Source of the DNA: Haliotis cracherodii
Lineage: Eukaryota
Direction: 5' to 3'
Length of the DNA stretch: 64,000 nt
NCBI RefSeq assembly: GCF_022045235.1
Contig: NW_027266273.1
Span: forward strand, 7,564,001 to 7,628,000
The translations under genes were made by a program, and so were the position numbers. Of the stretch, positions 49,934 through 61,672 are shown one piece after another; position 1 is the first letter of the stretch; each line of letters opens with the position of its first letter. The notes under the pieces were generated by a model. That model had not been told where the DNA came from. It was given only the letters and a program-made list of their open reading frames with translations, and did no database searches.

Positions 49934-52900
49934 CTCATTCTTCACTTCAAAAAATACTCCAAAATATTCATGATCCCTAACTTTATTTGTTCTGTATATA
50001 TGCCATCTTTATGCGACCCCTTGGATGTTCAGTCCTGACATATAACATCAGTGCATGTGACGCTGATAACGGTGCATATTTCCTCTGTCCACATCATTGA
50101 AAGTACTTTACATGTACTAAATATATATCTTTGCAATATTGATTGTTTAGCACAAGAGATATTGCACATTATAATGATTTATTAACACCACACTTGCTAT
50201 ATGGAATTTAAGAAGAAAACAAAGTAAATACAGACGTCAGGTGAAACAGCAAGATTTGTTTTGAGACATTATTATAGGTTTTTTTAATATTTTATTCCAC
50301 ATTCTGCAATAACTGCCTACTCGTCGGAGTAGAGTCACAGATCACACATGACGAAAGGTATATTCAAATAGGTTTGGGCATGATTGTGATTGACTGATAA
50401 AGATTGATATTTCAGGGGAAAGTCCAAAGTCATTCAGTTTGGAAAGTAAAAACAGTACCCTAAATACTGTTCTTGTTATTTTGAGAGCAGCACTAGGTCG
50501 ATATTTAATAGTTAATTCATTCATAAAATTAGTTATTCTTAAATGCTTATGACTTTTTAAAAAATCTAAATTTTTAAAATTTATTTTAGTTGTCAAAAGT
50601 TGAATTACTGGTGGGAACTGAAATATGTAATCATAAATACAGACTTAATCGTTTAAAGGCACTCGTACACAATTTTGCTGTTAGTGCTGGAAATTCACAT
50701 TTTTCTCTCAGTTCATAAGATCTAATAAATATTCTTTTTCAAAAAGTTTTCTATTTCTAAGTGACTACAAACTTCAGACACATCGCTCTTATTTACTTCC
50801 GGAAGAACATTCCAAACAACTTTCAGCCCATCTTTTTTTTTGCCGTCAATGTTGTGACTTTGTCGATCTCCGGGGAGGGAGGGAGGAAAACTGGGCGGTG
50901 TTGAAGCACTTTGTCACCCACTTGAATTCCACCCCTCCCTGCCTCCTAACGCCTTATTATATTGACTGACTAGCGGGAGATCCATCATCTGCACCGTTTG
51001 GTCACTTCCTCGCGTGGAACTCACACCGCCCTGCGACATGTAATCCCAACACAAGGTTCTCTCTGATTTGCTCAATACAGAGGAAAAATTACTTCTTGAA
51101 AATGTGGCCAAGAGTGAGACACGCTGCAGTTTAATTTTGAAAAAATCAAGTCAAAAATCAATTTCAACGGTTCACTTAATTTTACTGAAAATCTGAGGTC
51201 TTCTGGGATAGAGTTTGTAACGTGATTTGTAAACAGAAATAATTAAAAGAAGGGGTGTGTCATTATTTTAAGATAATGTATTGATGTGCCTACAAAAGTG
51301 TGACCGTTGACATTACATCATAACCTAAATAAAAGCGTTAATTCGATACGTTCTGGGGGTGATTGATGAAGTCAAGGATGAACCTACTCTTTTATAGACT
51401 GAAGAATGACTTACAATAGTGAGTGATGTACAGGTAAATAGTTTCTCACAAAAAACAGCAATCATTGTTGATCCGGTTCAACTGCTTTAACCACAATTAT
51501 TCAAACTGATATATTCAATCGCTAAGCTTTGAATTTCCACAGTTCTGATGTATCAAATTACGATTAATGACGTCGTTCCTGAATTATCTGACAAAAGATT
51601 TAATATTTAATTTATTCAAAATTATCTCCAAGTACCATAGAATGTCTTTGCCAACTGAGTCTCTTAGAGGTACTTAGTGTAAATTATGGTCGGGTCCTAT
51701 TCTTCATCAACCTTCTTCCCTGACGCCATATTGTTATACTCATATTAAACTCGAATGTTTATATTTCGTTCATCACTTTTTTATATAAATTTCAGATGTA
51801 TATTCTAATGTAGCGTGTTTTCTATGAAATATTCGGGGTTATATAAGGACATTGAATGAATCATAATGAGCCTAGTCGTTTTGCTTCGCGAAATACGTCG
51901 ATTCTGAAAGCTCCGTTTCTGATACGGGGACAAAGCGAGGGCACGAAAAAGGAATTTTAATTATACGTATTGTTCGAGTCAGCTGTCATTTTGAATCAAG
52001 CCAGAAAGCGACAACGATTTGCTCAAAAGAAGAAAACGAAAATCGTCTCGGCTCTTTGAACAAAAGTTGAATCACGAACACGGCCGCTGAAGTTGAATCG
52101 TTGTCAGATTTCGATAGTATTGAGACATTAGGGCAAATTTCTATCCAAATCCTTTGAGCGGATTTCAATGACAGGCGTGTCGTTGGGTGATTTTGAAGCA
52201 ACGTGAACACAATCTAAATCTCCGAGAGGAACACTTTCTCCAAAGAACATATTCTGTAGTCTAGCTTTTTGTCCTTGCACCACAAACCTATAGTAAAGCT
52301 GTGAACAGCGGTCTGTCAATTGCAAAAATATCACCATTAGTTTTGCTCAAGTAACCATGTAAACGCTGGGCTACGAGTCTTCACAATCTATATTGTCCTT
52401 GTCCAGAATAACAGGCTTCATCTCACGATGTAGGGCCGTATCAGCACCAATAGATTTCACCCAACGATAGAGAACCGCGCTCAAAATTGCCATACCCTGT
52501 CAATGTTGATTTCAGGTGTAACGCTCGCAAGGGGTCTCCCGCTGGACTCAGGAAGATCTTGACATTGATAGACAGGTGAAAATAGTATGTTTCACTTCAA
52601 AGACCTCTTTGCCAGGTGTCAAACCCCGCATCATCGACTTGCTTCGCCGATCTGACTTGTGCTTCTATTAAATGTTGTTCTAAATGCGTTTAGTCGACGT
52701 GAAGCACATTTCGATGTGGAATATTGGTCCAGCGTGTATGTACTGTGTCAAACCGGATGTACATTTAAGAGAGATCGGCAAACTGATTATTATCGGCGCT
52801 GTATTGACAGTGATTGATCAAATTGTTGCTTACTGGTGTGTTTCAAGACAATTCCCAGTTAATACGTTTCCAATTCAAACGCGGTTTCGATTGATCAATT

Positions 52901-55756
52901 TTCTAGACAGGGGATGTAACTCGGATGAGAAAAGCAACCATCACAACGACGCTCACAAATCGATGTTTTGAAAGTTGAATACAAAATAATTTCAAAGTGA
53001 TCCCACGTTTTGGTGACCGAGAGTCCCGTTCGACAAATAGAAACATTGATCCAAATATTAAAAGAAATAATATCATAAGGAAATATATGTCTATTGTATA
53101 TTTTAAACAGATCTGCAAGGAAGATTTACCGTCATGTGTTATATCTATGTCTACCGCTCCATTGAACAACAATGTCATAATGAAATTGTACAAACACATC
53201 CGATCTGATACGACGATTTCACAATTATCAGAATTCAGACAAACATTTTGTTACCGACCAAGGGACGTAACACTGCTTGTGTGTACAAGACGTCATATAC
53301 TTATATCAATTCTTCTTTCAAAATATCCTAAAACAGCCATTCTATAAAATATTTGAAATGAAAAAAGTTATTTACCTTTGGTAAAGATTTTGAAAATTGG
53401 CACTTTAATTTAAAGTCAAACATTACAAACGCGTGTATGCTTTAGTTGTTTTGTACCATAAATTACATTTGAAGAAACTAATTTCGCAAAAGTGAATGTA
53501 TTTTAAATAACCGCAATGTTTTTTCGCATAAAATTCCAAAGCTGCAATATATTGCATTATGCACAAAACTTGTGGACAATTTACAATTTTCAAATATTTA
53601 AAATCTAATTCAATTTGAAGTCCATGTGCTGATGATTGTATTCACTCAAAGCATATTCGACTGTAGTTTTATCCAGTTTAAACTGAATAAAGTTTTATTG
53701 AACTATTGTCGTGTAATTAACATCGTGATTGTTAATTTATTTCTGTGTCTGCAACTACTACTTAATTCCCTAATCTTAAAAGTTTCATTGTCATTCGTTT
53801 CTAAATCTTTCCAATTTAAGCCACTTTGTATCTAGAGCCCCTTATTAAAACGTTTCTTTTCGCTACAATCGCAACAATCACATCCCTCAGGCGGTACAAA
53901 TGCTCTACAAAAACAACATAATGCGTTTATCAAAGCTAATCAAGTATAGGGAACGATAAAATAAGAAAATACCAAAAAAAGATGGACCAACAATGTTAAA
54001 AGGCCTTGATAAGTGTTTTCACAATTTCTCCGCCGACAAAAGTTTACTTTCGCTATGGTGGTACACTTAAGCATACCGTATGCCAAAAGCCCAAGTAAAG
54101 AAAACGTTTGGCTAAGTTTACAAAAGTTTCTAAATTCATCTTATATGAACCGTATCGCACTAGTCAGCCTTTAGTCGAACTCACAATCAGCGAATTGTAT
54201 GGACGTGAGTGTTTGAGTAGAACCATCTGTTCAGTGTTGGCGTATTTGTGTTGCATTAGGACAACGATTGTTGCCAGTCTTTATACACACATTGAGATGA
54301 ATTAATTTCCCCATTGCCACTGGCCATGACAAGTTGTGCTATTTGGATAGGAAAAAATATGAACAGTTTGTCGACTCGACACTGAGCATGTTTTCAAATA
54401 TACTATACACCTTTAACAATCCCACCTTACAAGGCCGTCGTAGACAGAATTCACGCCGTCAAGCATGCTAAACACGCGCTGGTGATCAATATTATAAATA
54501 ATTGAGACAATAAACTGTAACGCATGTTACAGTGTTTATTGTAAGTAGGCTGGTATGTATACATACACAATAATAGCATGTCATCTATGCATTTTCTAAA
54601 GCACATGAAGTTTTAATTGTGACGAAAATATTCATTTTTCCAATGTCGTATTTGCACACAATGCAACACAATAATCAATGAGCATGGAGGTATTAATACC
54701 TTTTGGCTATCATGGGTATATGATGGAAGAAAGGATGACTACAGCTGTTACATTTAGTCGCGTATGTTTCATTAATTCCTATAATCGCAAGGACGTTGTA
54801 TCGTCACACGTTGTCCTAAAAGCAGAAACCATTTGTCTTTAGAAGTTCGACCCTTTTCCCTTGATACTTCGCGGAATTGATTTGGATCAATAGAAATCGA
54901 CACTTGCAGTGTGTGCATGTCATTACGACACAAATTCTGTCCATCAATAGCAATTTCATCCAATTGGAGGATAAAGACCTTACTCCGAAAGTCTTTGATC
55001 TTCCATCTTTATGATGGATCAATTAATTGTTATAAAAACAACTTCTTAATGTAATAATCGAGCAAAAGGTAATCCAGTATGTAAATTCATAAATCCACCA
55101 TCGTCCTTATTGATGAAAAAAAATATCCAAATAGTCAAAATTACTCGAAATCAGATAAAACATGTATTTATGTGTCTAAGACATTTTGTCTTTGGAATAG
55201 AAGACTTGTAAGAAGGGAACTCAAGCATTGAGCCATAAATCAAATTATGACAAATTGTATCAGCCGGTGCGCTCTCTTTAGAGCGTCGTATTGGACATTT
55301 TTTATATTCCTGCTCACTAATCGCTCCCTTGGGTAGCTTTCCGCGCATCCTTTATCCAGTTTTATGAGGGGCCGTCTCAAAACGGAATTTGATACATTCG
55401 TTTGATTGCAATCATAATTCAATACGTCACAAGTCTTTTGAATGAAGAATATCTGTGAGTTCCATAAAAAATGTTTCGTTCCTAAATTATTTTAATATTT
55501 GAATGTGTTATGTCTCATTTCAAACGATTCAAATAACCTTATGTTTTGCTGCAGGTACCACGCACTTCAGTGTCTTCGATTAGAACGACGTGTTTGGTAT
55601 TACAGATAGCAGAATGGTCAACCTTCAAATGAGGTATGACACCAGTTGGTTATCTATATAGTCAGTGTTCAACCCAAGGCACACGTTTGTGTGTTTTTGT
55701 TAATGACGAATAGTCTACAATCGACAAATGAACCCGTTGTCAATATTTATAGGGAA

Positions 55757-55909
55757 GTTCAACCCTCAAATGTGGATGGTACCCGTTGGTGATCTTCATA
55801 GCGGATGTTCAACCCTCAAGTGAGGATGGTACCCGTTGGTGATCTTCATAGCGAATGTTCAACCCTCAAGTGAGGATGGTACCCGTTAGTGATTTTCATG
55901 GCGAATGTT
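55757..55909. repeat. Minisatellite, 50-bp unit x3
   Basis: GTTCAACCCTCAA at 55757, 55807, 55857. Confidence 0.95.
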
Positions 55910-56060
55910 TAATAAATAAAAGCGATAAAACCCTTGCAAAAATAGCCTTTCTCAACCATTTCCAAAGACTTTTCCATAGTCACATGATTTCTCTACTGAA
56001 ACACAGTAAATCATCGAGGAGGTATGGTACCACTTGGGGACAAGTACAGAAAATATGTAC

Positions 56061-56295
56061 AGCACGGGTGGTGCAGTCGTCTCTTAGGCGTGCCAGAAAC
56101 TTATGATTGAGGGTTCGAATCCCAAATTCGCCCTGATAATGTTTCTCGGTTTGTCTGCACCGTACCTGTGCTCGTGGGTTTCACTACAGTGGTAAACGTC
56201 TGAGACCCGCATCACTTCGGGCTTTCCTTCCACATGAAGCTGACACACTGCGATATAGCTGAAATATTGTTCACACTGTCCTAAACTCACTTACT
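56061..56295 (+). mobile_element. SINE family C, diverged with head deletion
   Basis: GCACGGGTGG...GGTTCGAATCCC...GGTAAACGTCTGAGACC...tail. Confidence 0.88.
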
Positions 56296-56965
56296 TTACG
56301 TGTATAAGTAGCAAACAAAACAAAAACACACAGAGACCAAAACAAAAAAATCTGAAACCCCCAAGCAAGTCTACAATGCTTAGGCAAGTCATATCTCGCG
56401 AAAAAATGAAACGGTTCCTTGGTCTCCTTCAACTATATAACAATTAAACAAAAACAATTTTTAAAATATATTTATTGCAGAGACAATTTCACAACAGTTT
56501 ATGTTTCCGAGCAACAATTAACAATGAGTAAATATTATGCTTATATCATCGTGTTTCGCGATCAAATTGAATGGTAATACCATCAATGTATTTGCGTCGT
56601 GATTGACAGAAAGTCATAAAATGACGTTGGTAAAAGTGACTCCATCACGACGTTTATCAGCTGAACCGAGAACCTACCAAGTAACCTCTAGTGTATATGC
56701 ATATGCAGAAAAGCGGGGCTACGTCTGAGCCGTTCGTCACGTCTCACTTAGTTTATACTTTCCTTGACCCCTGTTTAACTACCGTGACAAATATCAAACA
56801 CAAACATACGTACATGTTTACACTCCAGCAAATATGAACTTTTAAAATGTCCTCAGTTCACCCTGAAAGTTTAATAAATGACGCATACAGTTTTATACCA
56901 TAACATGAATTAGCTGGCTTGAAGCATCCGTTTATGTCCTTGTGGCGTTTTTTTTCTTAAATTAG

Positions 56966-57249
56966 AGTGAGTGAGTGAGTGAGTGGGGGTTAACGTCGCT
57001 TTCAACAATATTCAAGTCATATCACGGCGTGTCAGCTTAATGTGGGAGGAAAGCCCCAAATGATGCAGGGCTTAAACGTTTACCACTACGGTGAAACCCA
57101 CGAGCCCGGGTATGGTGCTGACAAACCTAAATACATAATCTGGGCGAACCGGGATTCGAACCTACAATCATAGGTTTCTGTCGTGCCCAAGGGACGCAAC
57201 TCTGCACAGCGAATTGCGGCGCCTTAGACGACTGGGCCACCCGTGCCCC
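56966..57249 (-). mobile_element. SINE family C, full length
   Basis: TSD TTAAATTAGA; intact B box GGTTCGAATCC. Confidence 0.94.
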
Positions 57250-57520
57250 TTTAAATTAGAAGACAAGGAGAGTACTACAGTTGATTCATTTTACAAACGG
57301 GGAATCGATCCCGGTGTAAACAGGAGAGAGGTGATCGCACTGACCGCTTTGCTATTATGGCTTTAGTGGTAGTATGATAAACTAAAGCACTGGGAAGTAT
57401 GTGTTAGCTGTTTGTATTATAGGTTACATAAGCTGATTCTTCACAGCGTTGTCCTCTTTAAAATAACTTCAGTATAAATAAAGGCGACAAAACATTCCAT
57501 ATTCATATGAAATCTCTGCT

Positions 57521-57687
57521 GGGGGCGGTCGGGTAGCCCAGTGGTTAAAGCGTTCGCTCGTCACGCCGAAGACCCGGGTTCGATTCCCGACATTGGTGCA
57601 ATGTGTGAAGCCCATTTCTGGTGTCCCCCGCCGTGATATTGCTAGCATATAACTAAAAGCGGCGTAACCCAATACTCACTCACTCAC
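57521..57687 (+). mobile_element. SINE family A, full length
   Basis: GGGGCGGTCGGGTAGCCCAGTGGTTAAAGCGTTCGCTCGTCACGCCGAAGACCCGGGTTCGATTCCCG head; (TCAC)n. Confidence 0.95.
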
Positions 57688-57820
57688 TGAAATTTCCGGA
57701 GAGTCGATTTACGATTCTGATTATATAATGAGCATGTGTTTATGAATCACTATCCAATTGTGATGATACTATTTTATGTAACTGATTTAGGAAATTGTTA
57801 GTTGTATTGTGAAGAACAGC

Positions 57821-58079
57821 GAGTGAGTGAATGAGTGAGTTGGGTTTAACGCCGCTTTTAACAGTATTCCAGTTATATCGCGGCGTGTCAGCTTAATGTG
57901 GGACGAAACTCCGAAGAGGTGCTGTCTTAGACGTTTACCAGTTCGGTGAAACCCACAAGCACTGGTATGGTGCTGACAAACCTAGAAACAAAATCGGGGT
58001 GAACCGGGATTCGAACCCACAATCATAGCTTTCTGCACAGCGAATCGCGGCGCCTTAAACGACTGGGCCACCCGTGCCC
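57821..58079 (-). mobile_element. SINE family C lacking 24 nt of the head insert
   Basis: Colinear with 13710 except for a deletion between two CAGA microhomologies. Confidence 0.92.
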
Positions 58080-58454
58080 TCCGGAAAACAGAGAACCAAG
58101 TGAGATACTTACAAGACTGGTAAGATCTAAACCCTCGAGATATTGTGGACTCGTGTACTCTTTGAACGGGTGTAAACCAATTATCATTGGTGTCGTTTTA
58201 CCCATCCTCGAGACTCCAGTGTATTATATCTCTATTCTGTTGAGGAAGATAACCGGAGCCCATTCACAACCCAAGCCACGTTTCAGAAGTGATGTCACCA
58301 CCGCCACCTCCCCTATTTCTCTTAGCATAGATTGATCTCGCTTGCATGAGTGTAACGGCTCCATAAGGTGTCAACAGAGCTTTGTCAGAGACTGGTCATT
58401 GATTACAGGGGTGGGGGTGAGATAAAAAAATGACACAGCGAAAGAAGGGGAGTT

Positions 58455-58492
58455 GTGTGTGTGTGTGTGTGTGTGGGGTGGGGGGGGGGGAG
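58455..58492. repeat. (GT)n plus poly-G
   Basis: Direct reading. Confidence 0.9.
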
Positions 58493-58848
58493 GTGCTGGG
58501 GTTGTTGTTTTTTTGCAAAATGAAATAACAGATTAAAGAAAGTATTATTTTGAAAGAATCGACTGGTCCTTAACCTTTTTGATGAATATATAAATTTAGA
58601 ATAAACATATCTTCATAAATAATAATCTATGTAATACGTTCAAGCATTTTGTGTCACTTTTTCTGCCTTCTGCTGTGGCCTTGACCCTTGATGGATAATC
58701 GTTTGGATTTTCAAAATCTTTGATTTCAAAATTTAGAATATATCTTAACCGAATACGGTGCACGAACGTTTTAATTACTTGGTTTTTTTTCGTGTCACTT
58801 GTAATTTAATCCGTGAGACTGTATTAAGTAAATTTTAATTCAGTGTCA

Positions 58849-59117
58849 GGAGAGTGGAAGGTCCGGGGTTCGACCCCCGACCGCGTCATACCAAAAGACG
58901 TTAAAATATGGTACTTGTTGTTACCCTGTCTGGCGCTGGCGGGGCTAAAACAAGGACTGGTCGGCTCGGAGTCAGTATACTGTGTCTGAGTGGGGTATTC
59001 ATGTTTAACTGCGGCATGGTATCTCAGTGAGCTAGCACCATAATCGGCATCAGTCCGGACTAGTACAAGCAGCCACACACACACGTGCATGCACGTCGCT
59101 ATATAAGTGCAAAAATC
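58849..59117 (+). mobile_element. SINE family B, both ends clipped
   Basis: Near-consensus body. Confidence 0.92.
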
Positions 59118-59660
59118 TAAGATCAATAAAATGATCTTTTACTTTTGGAATGTACTTGTCGATGTCTTCAACGACGTAATGTTGACAAACTGCAAGCACT
59201 GTGTGCTTGATATCGACACGTTAACGGCATTCTCCTGACGGTATAAGTGATATGGACATGCCATAGACACACTCCCCAGAATGATATCAGCATGCCTTGA
59301 TATGCTCGTGGCACTCCATGAGTAATATCGACATGATAATGACATACACACTGCCATCTATGAAAGATACCGTTTCAATATTGACATACTCTCTGCACTT
59401 TAATATAACAATGATCTAAACATTTCGTTGACTCTTTACCAGTGACAACGACATGTTAGAGACAATATTACGAAAGGCAATGCCATTATATAGACACACT
59501 CCTTGCACCTTACGTGTAATATCGACATGATATAGATCTGGTCCTAACGCCTTAAACAGCGATCACACACTGCGTAGACAACCATGTGCCCCGCAGCATC
59601 TGGTATCGACTTAATCTGACATAGTAACTGTCAATCATGAGAGATATCAAACTATTACAG

Positions 59661-60010
59661 GTGAGGTGAAATGGGGTTTAACGTCGCGTCCAAGATTATT
59701 GCACTTATATAGCGACGTGCATGTAAGTGTGTGTGTTTGTGTGGCTGCTTGTACTAGTCCGGACTGATGCCGATTTATAGTGCTAGCTCACTGAGATACC
59801 ATGCCGCAGTTTAACATAGAATAAATATACCCCACTCAGACACAGCATACTGACTACGAGCCGACCAGTCCTTGTTTTAGCCCCTTTATGCCGAGCGGGT
59901 AACAACAAGTACCATCTTTTAACGTCTTTTGGTATGACGCGGTCGGGGATCAAACCCCGGACCTTCCGCACTCCGGGCCGACGCTCTACCACTAGACCAC
60001 GGAGGCGGTC
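59661..60010 (-). mobile_element. SINE family B, full length
   Basis: TSD AAACTATTACAG/AAACTGTTACAG (59649-59660, 60011-60022). Confidence 0.95.
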
Positions 60011-60246
60011 AAACTGTTACAGACAAACATTGAAATGATCATGATAGATAGTTGCAAGCATTTAATGGGTGATGTGCGTGTGATATATAGACAAGCTTAA
60101 TTGCAGTTTCAACTGATATCGACATCCAAACCATGTCCAGAAAGTACAAACTTCACATATACGTGTAACACTGGTGTCAAACTCAAGTGTCGGTTATTGC
60201 AAGCATACATTCAGATGAAATGGGTATTGTGTACAGTGTTATATGG

Positions 60247-60508
60247 TGTGAGTGTGTGTTGGATTTGAAACGGCTTTGAACAGTAGTCCAGTTGTATCAC
60301 GGCGTGTCAGCTAAAGTGAGAGGAAAGCCCAACGTGATGCAGGCCGCTTTGGTGAAACCTACGAGCACGGGTATGGTGCTACAAACCTAGATACATAATC
60401 GGGACGAACCGGGATTCGATCCGAGGATCATAGGTTTCCGGTGTGCCCAAGGTACGCAACCCCCTGCACAAAATTGCGGCGCCTTAGGCGACTGGGCCAC
60501 CCGTGCCC
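60247..60508 (-). mobile_element. SINE family C, diverged
   Basis: Colinear with the family C consensus. Confidence 0.88.
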
Positions 60509-60514
60509 ACCCAA

Positions 60515-60683
60515 GACATCATGAGCATCGATCTACGCAATTGGGAAACGATGACATGCATCAACCAAGTCAACGAGCCTGACCACCCGATCCCGTTAGT
60601 CGCCTTTAACGACAACGATAGTCACCTTTCACGACAAGCATGGGTTGCTGAAGACCTATTCTATCCCAGATCTTCACGGAATC
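60515..60683 (-). mobile_element. Retroposon family D, 5' half; a family C-type tail (+) follows at 60690-60755
   Basis: Reverse complement ATTCCGTGAAGATCTGGGATAGAATAGGTCTTCAGCAACCCATGCTTGTCG. Confidence 0.9.
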
Positions 60684-61464
60684 CTCCCATATTAGCTGAC
60701 ATTCCGTGATAAAACTGAAATAATGTTCAAGGCGACGTTAAACCCTACTCACTCTCTTTAAAGTTAGGTTAACAGACATTTTAAGTGAGAGATTGTACAG
60801 TGTTGCGTTGACATTTTAATAACCAAACATCAACTGCGCGTCATGTATGGTAAGTGTTTGACGACTTGGGTTTTATTGGTTCAAACAGTTCGACAAATAA
60901 TGAGTGGTAATGCCATGATCTAATCTAAACAGATTAAATTGTGGGCTATTTGTCAATCTTTCATGCATATTGATTGAAACGCCACATTCTCATTGATGAT
61001 CTTTCATTCTTCCACTCTATCATTTGTACGGCATTATTATAAAATTTGAAAGAAAATACATAGACACCTAAATAATTTTACAAATTTCAGGAAGCACTCT
61101 GTATATGCATCAGGATACATCGGTACGCTCGTATCAAAAGCTGACGGCTCACTATTATTGATAGAATCGTTTTTGACACGGCCCCTAAATATGAAAGCAT
61201 ATTTCTTCATCGTCGCGGTCCATTTCTCCTTATTAGGGGAAAAAGACGAGTTCGCCAGGGACAGGGGTGATTGCTAGATGGCTAGCCGATATAATGAGGA
61301 AAACTCAGGTGCTTCCGAGTTAATTTCACCTGAGCTGAAGCGCTGCTTGATTGCAAACACCTGCCAAAGGTAAAAAAACAATAGACAGGTCGATACTACG
61401 AGGAGCGCGAAACAAAGACCGCTATATAATGACGGGACAATTATGGAGATGCCACTCTTCTAGA

Positions 61465-61517
61465 GGGGTGGGGGGTAGTTAAGGGTTGGGTGGGGATCGG
61501 GGTTGGGTGGGGAGGGG
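61465..61517 (+). other. Strong G-quadruplex-forming motif
   Basis: Nine runs of 3 or more G with loops of 1-7 nt. Confidence 0.7.
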
Positions 61518-61614
61518 ATTGAAAGGCGTGACAAGTGTGATAAAAGGATCCATTACTTTTAAGGGGATATAAGTAAGAGTGTTATGCTAAGAATATCTAT
61601 ATACACATAAAAGT

Positions 61615-61672
61615 GCATCATCATCACCATCATCCCATCATCATCATCATCATCATCATCATCATTATTATT
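61615..61672. repeat. (CAT)n microsatellite
   Basis: Direct reading. Confidence 0.95.

Noticed and set aside
57521-57600. tRNA-Asp(GTC) gene
   Set aside because: No acceptor-stem pairing, and it is followed by a constant body and tail with TSDs in many copies: a SINE head, not a tRNA. The same applies to the family B and C heads
1237-60755. Minus-strand bias of retroposon copies implying an intron of a plus-strand gene
   Set aside because: Roughly 27 minus vs 16 plus by hand count, including a duplicated copy; too weak to support
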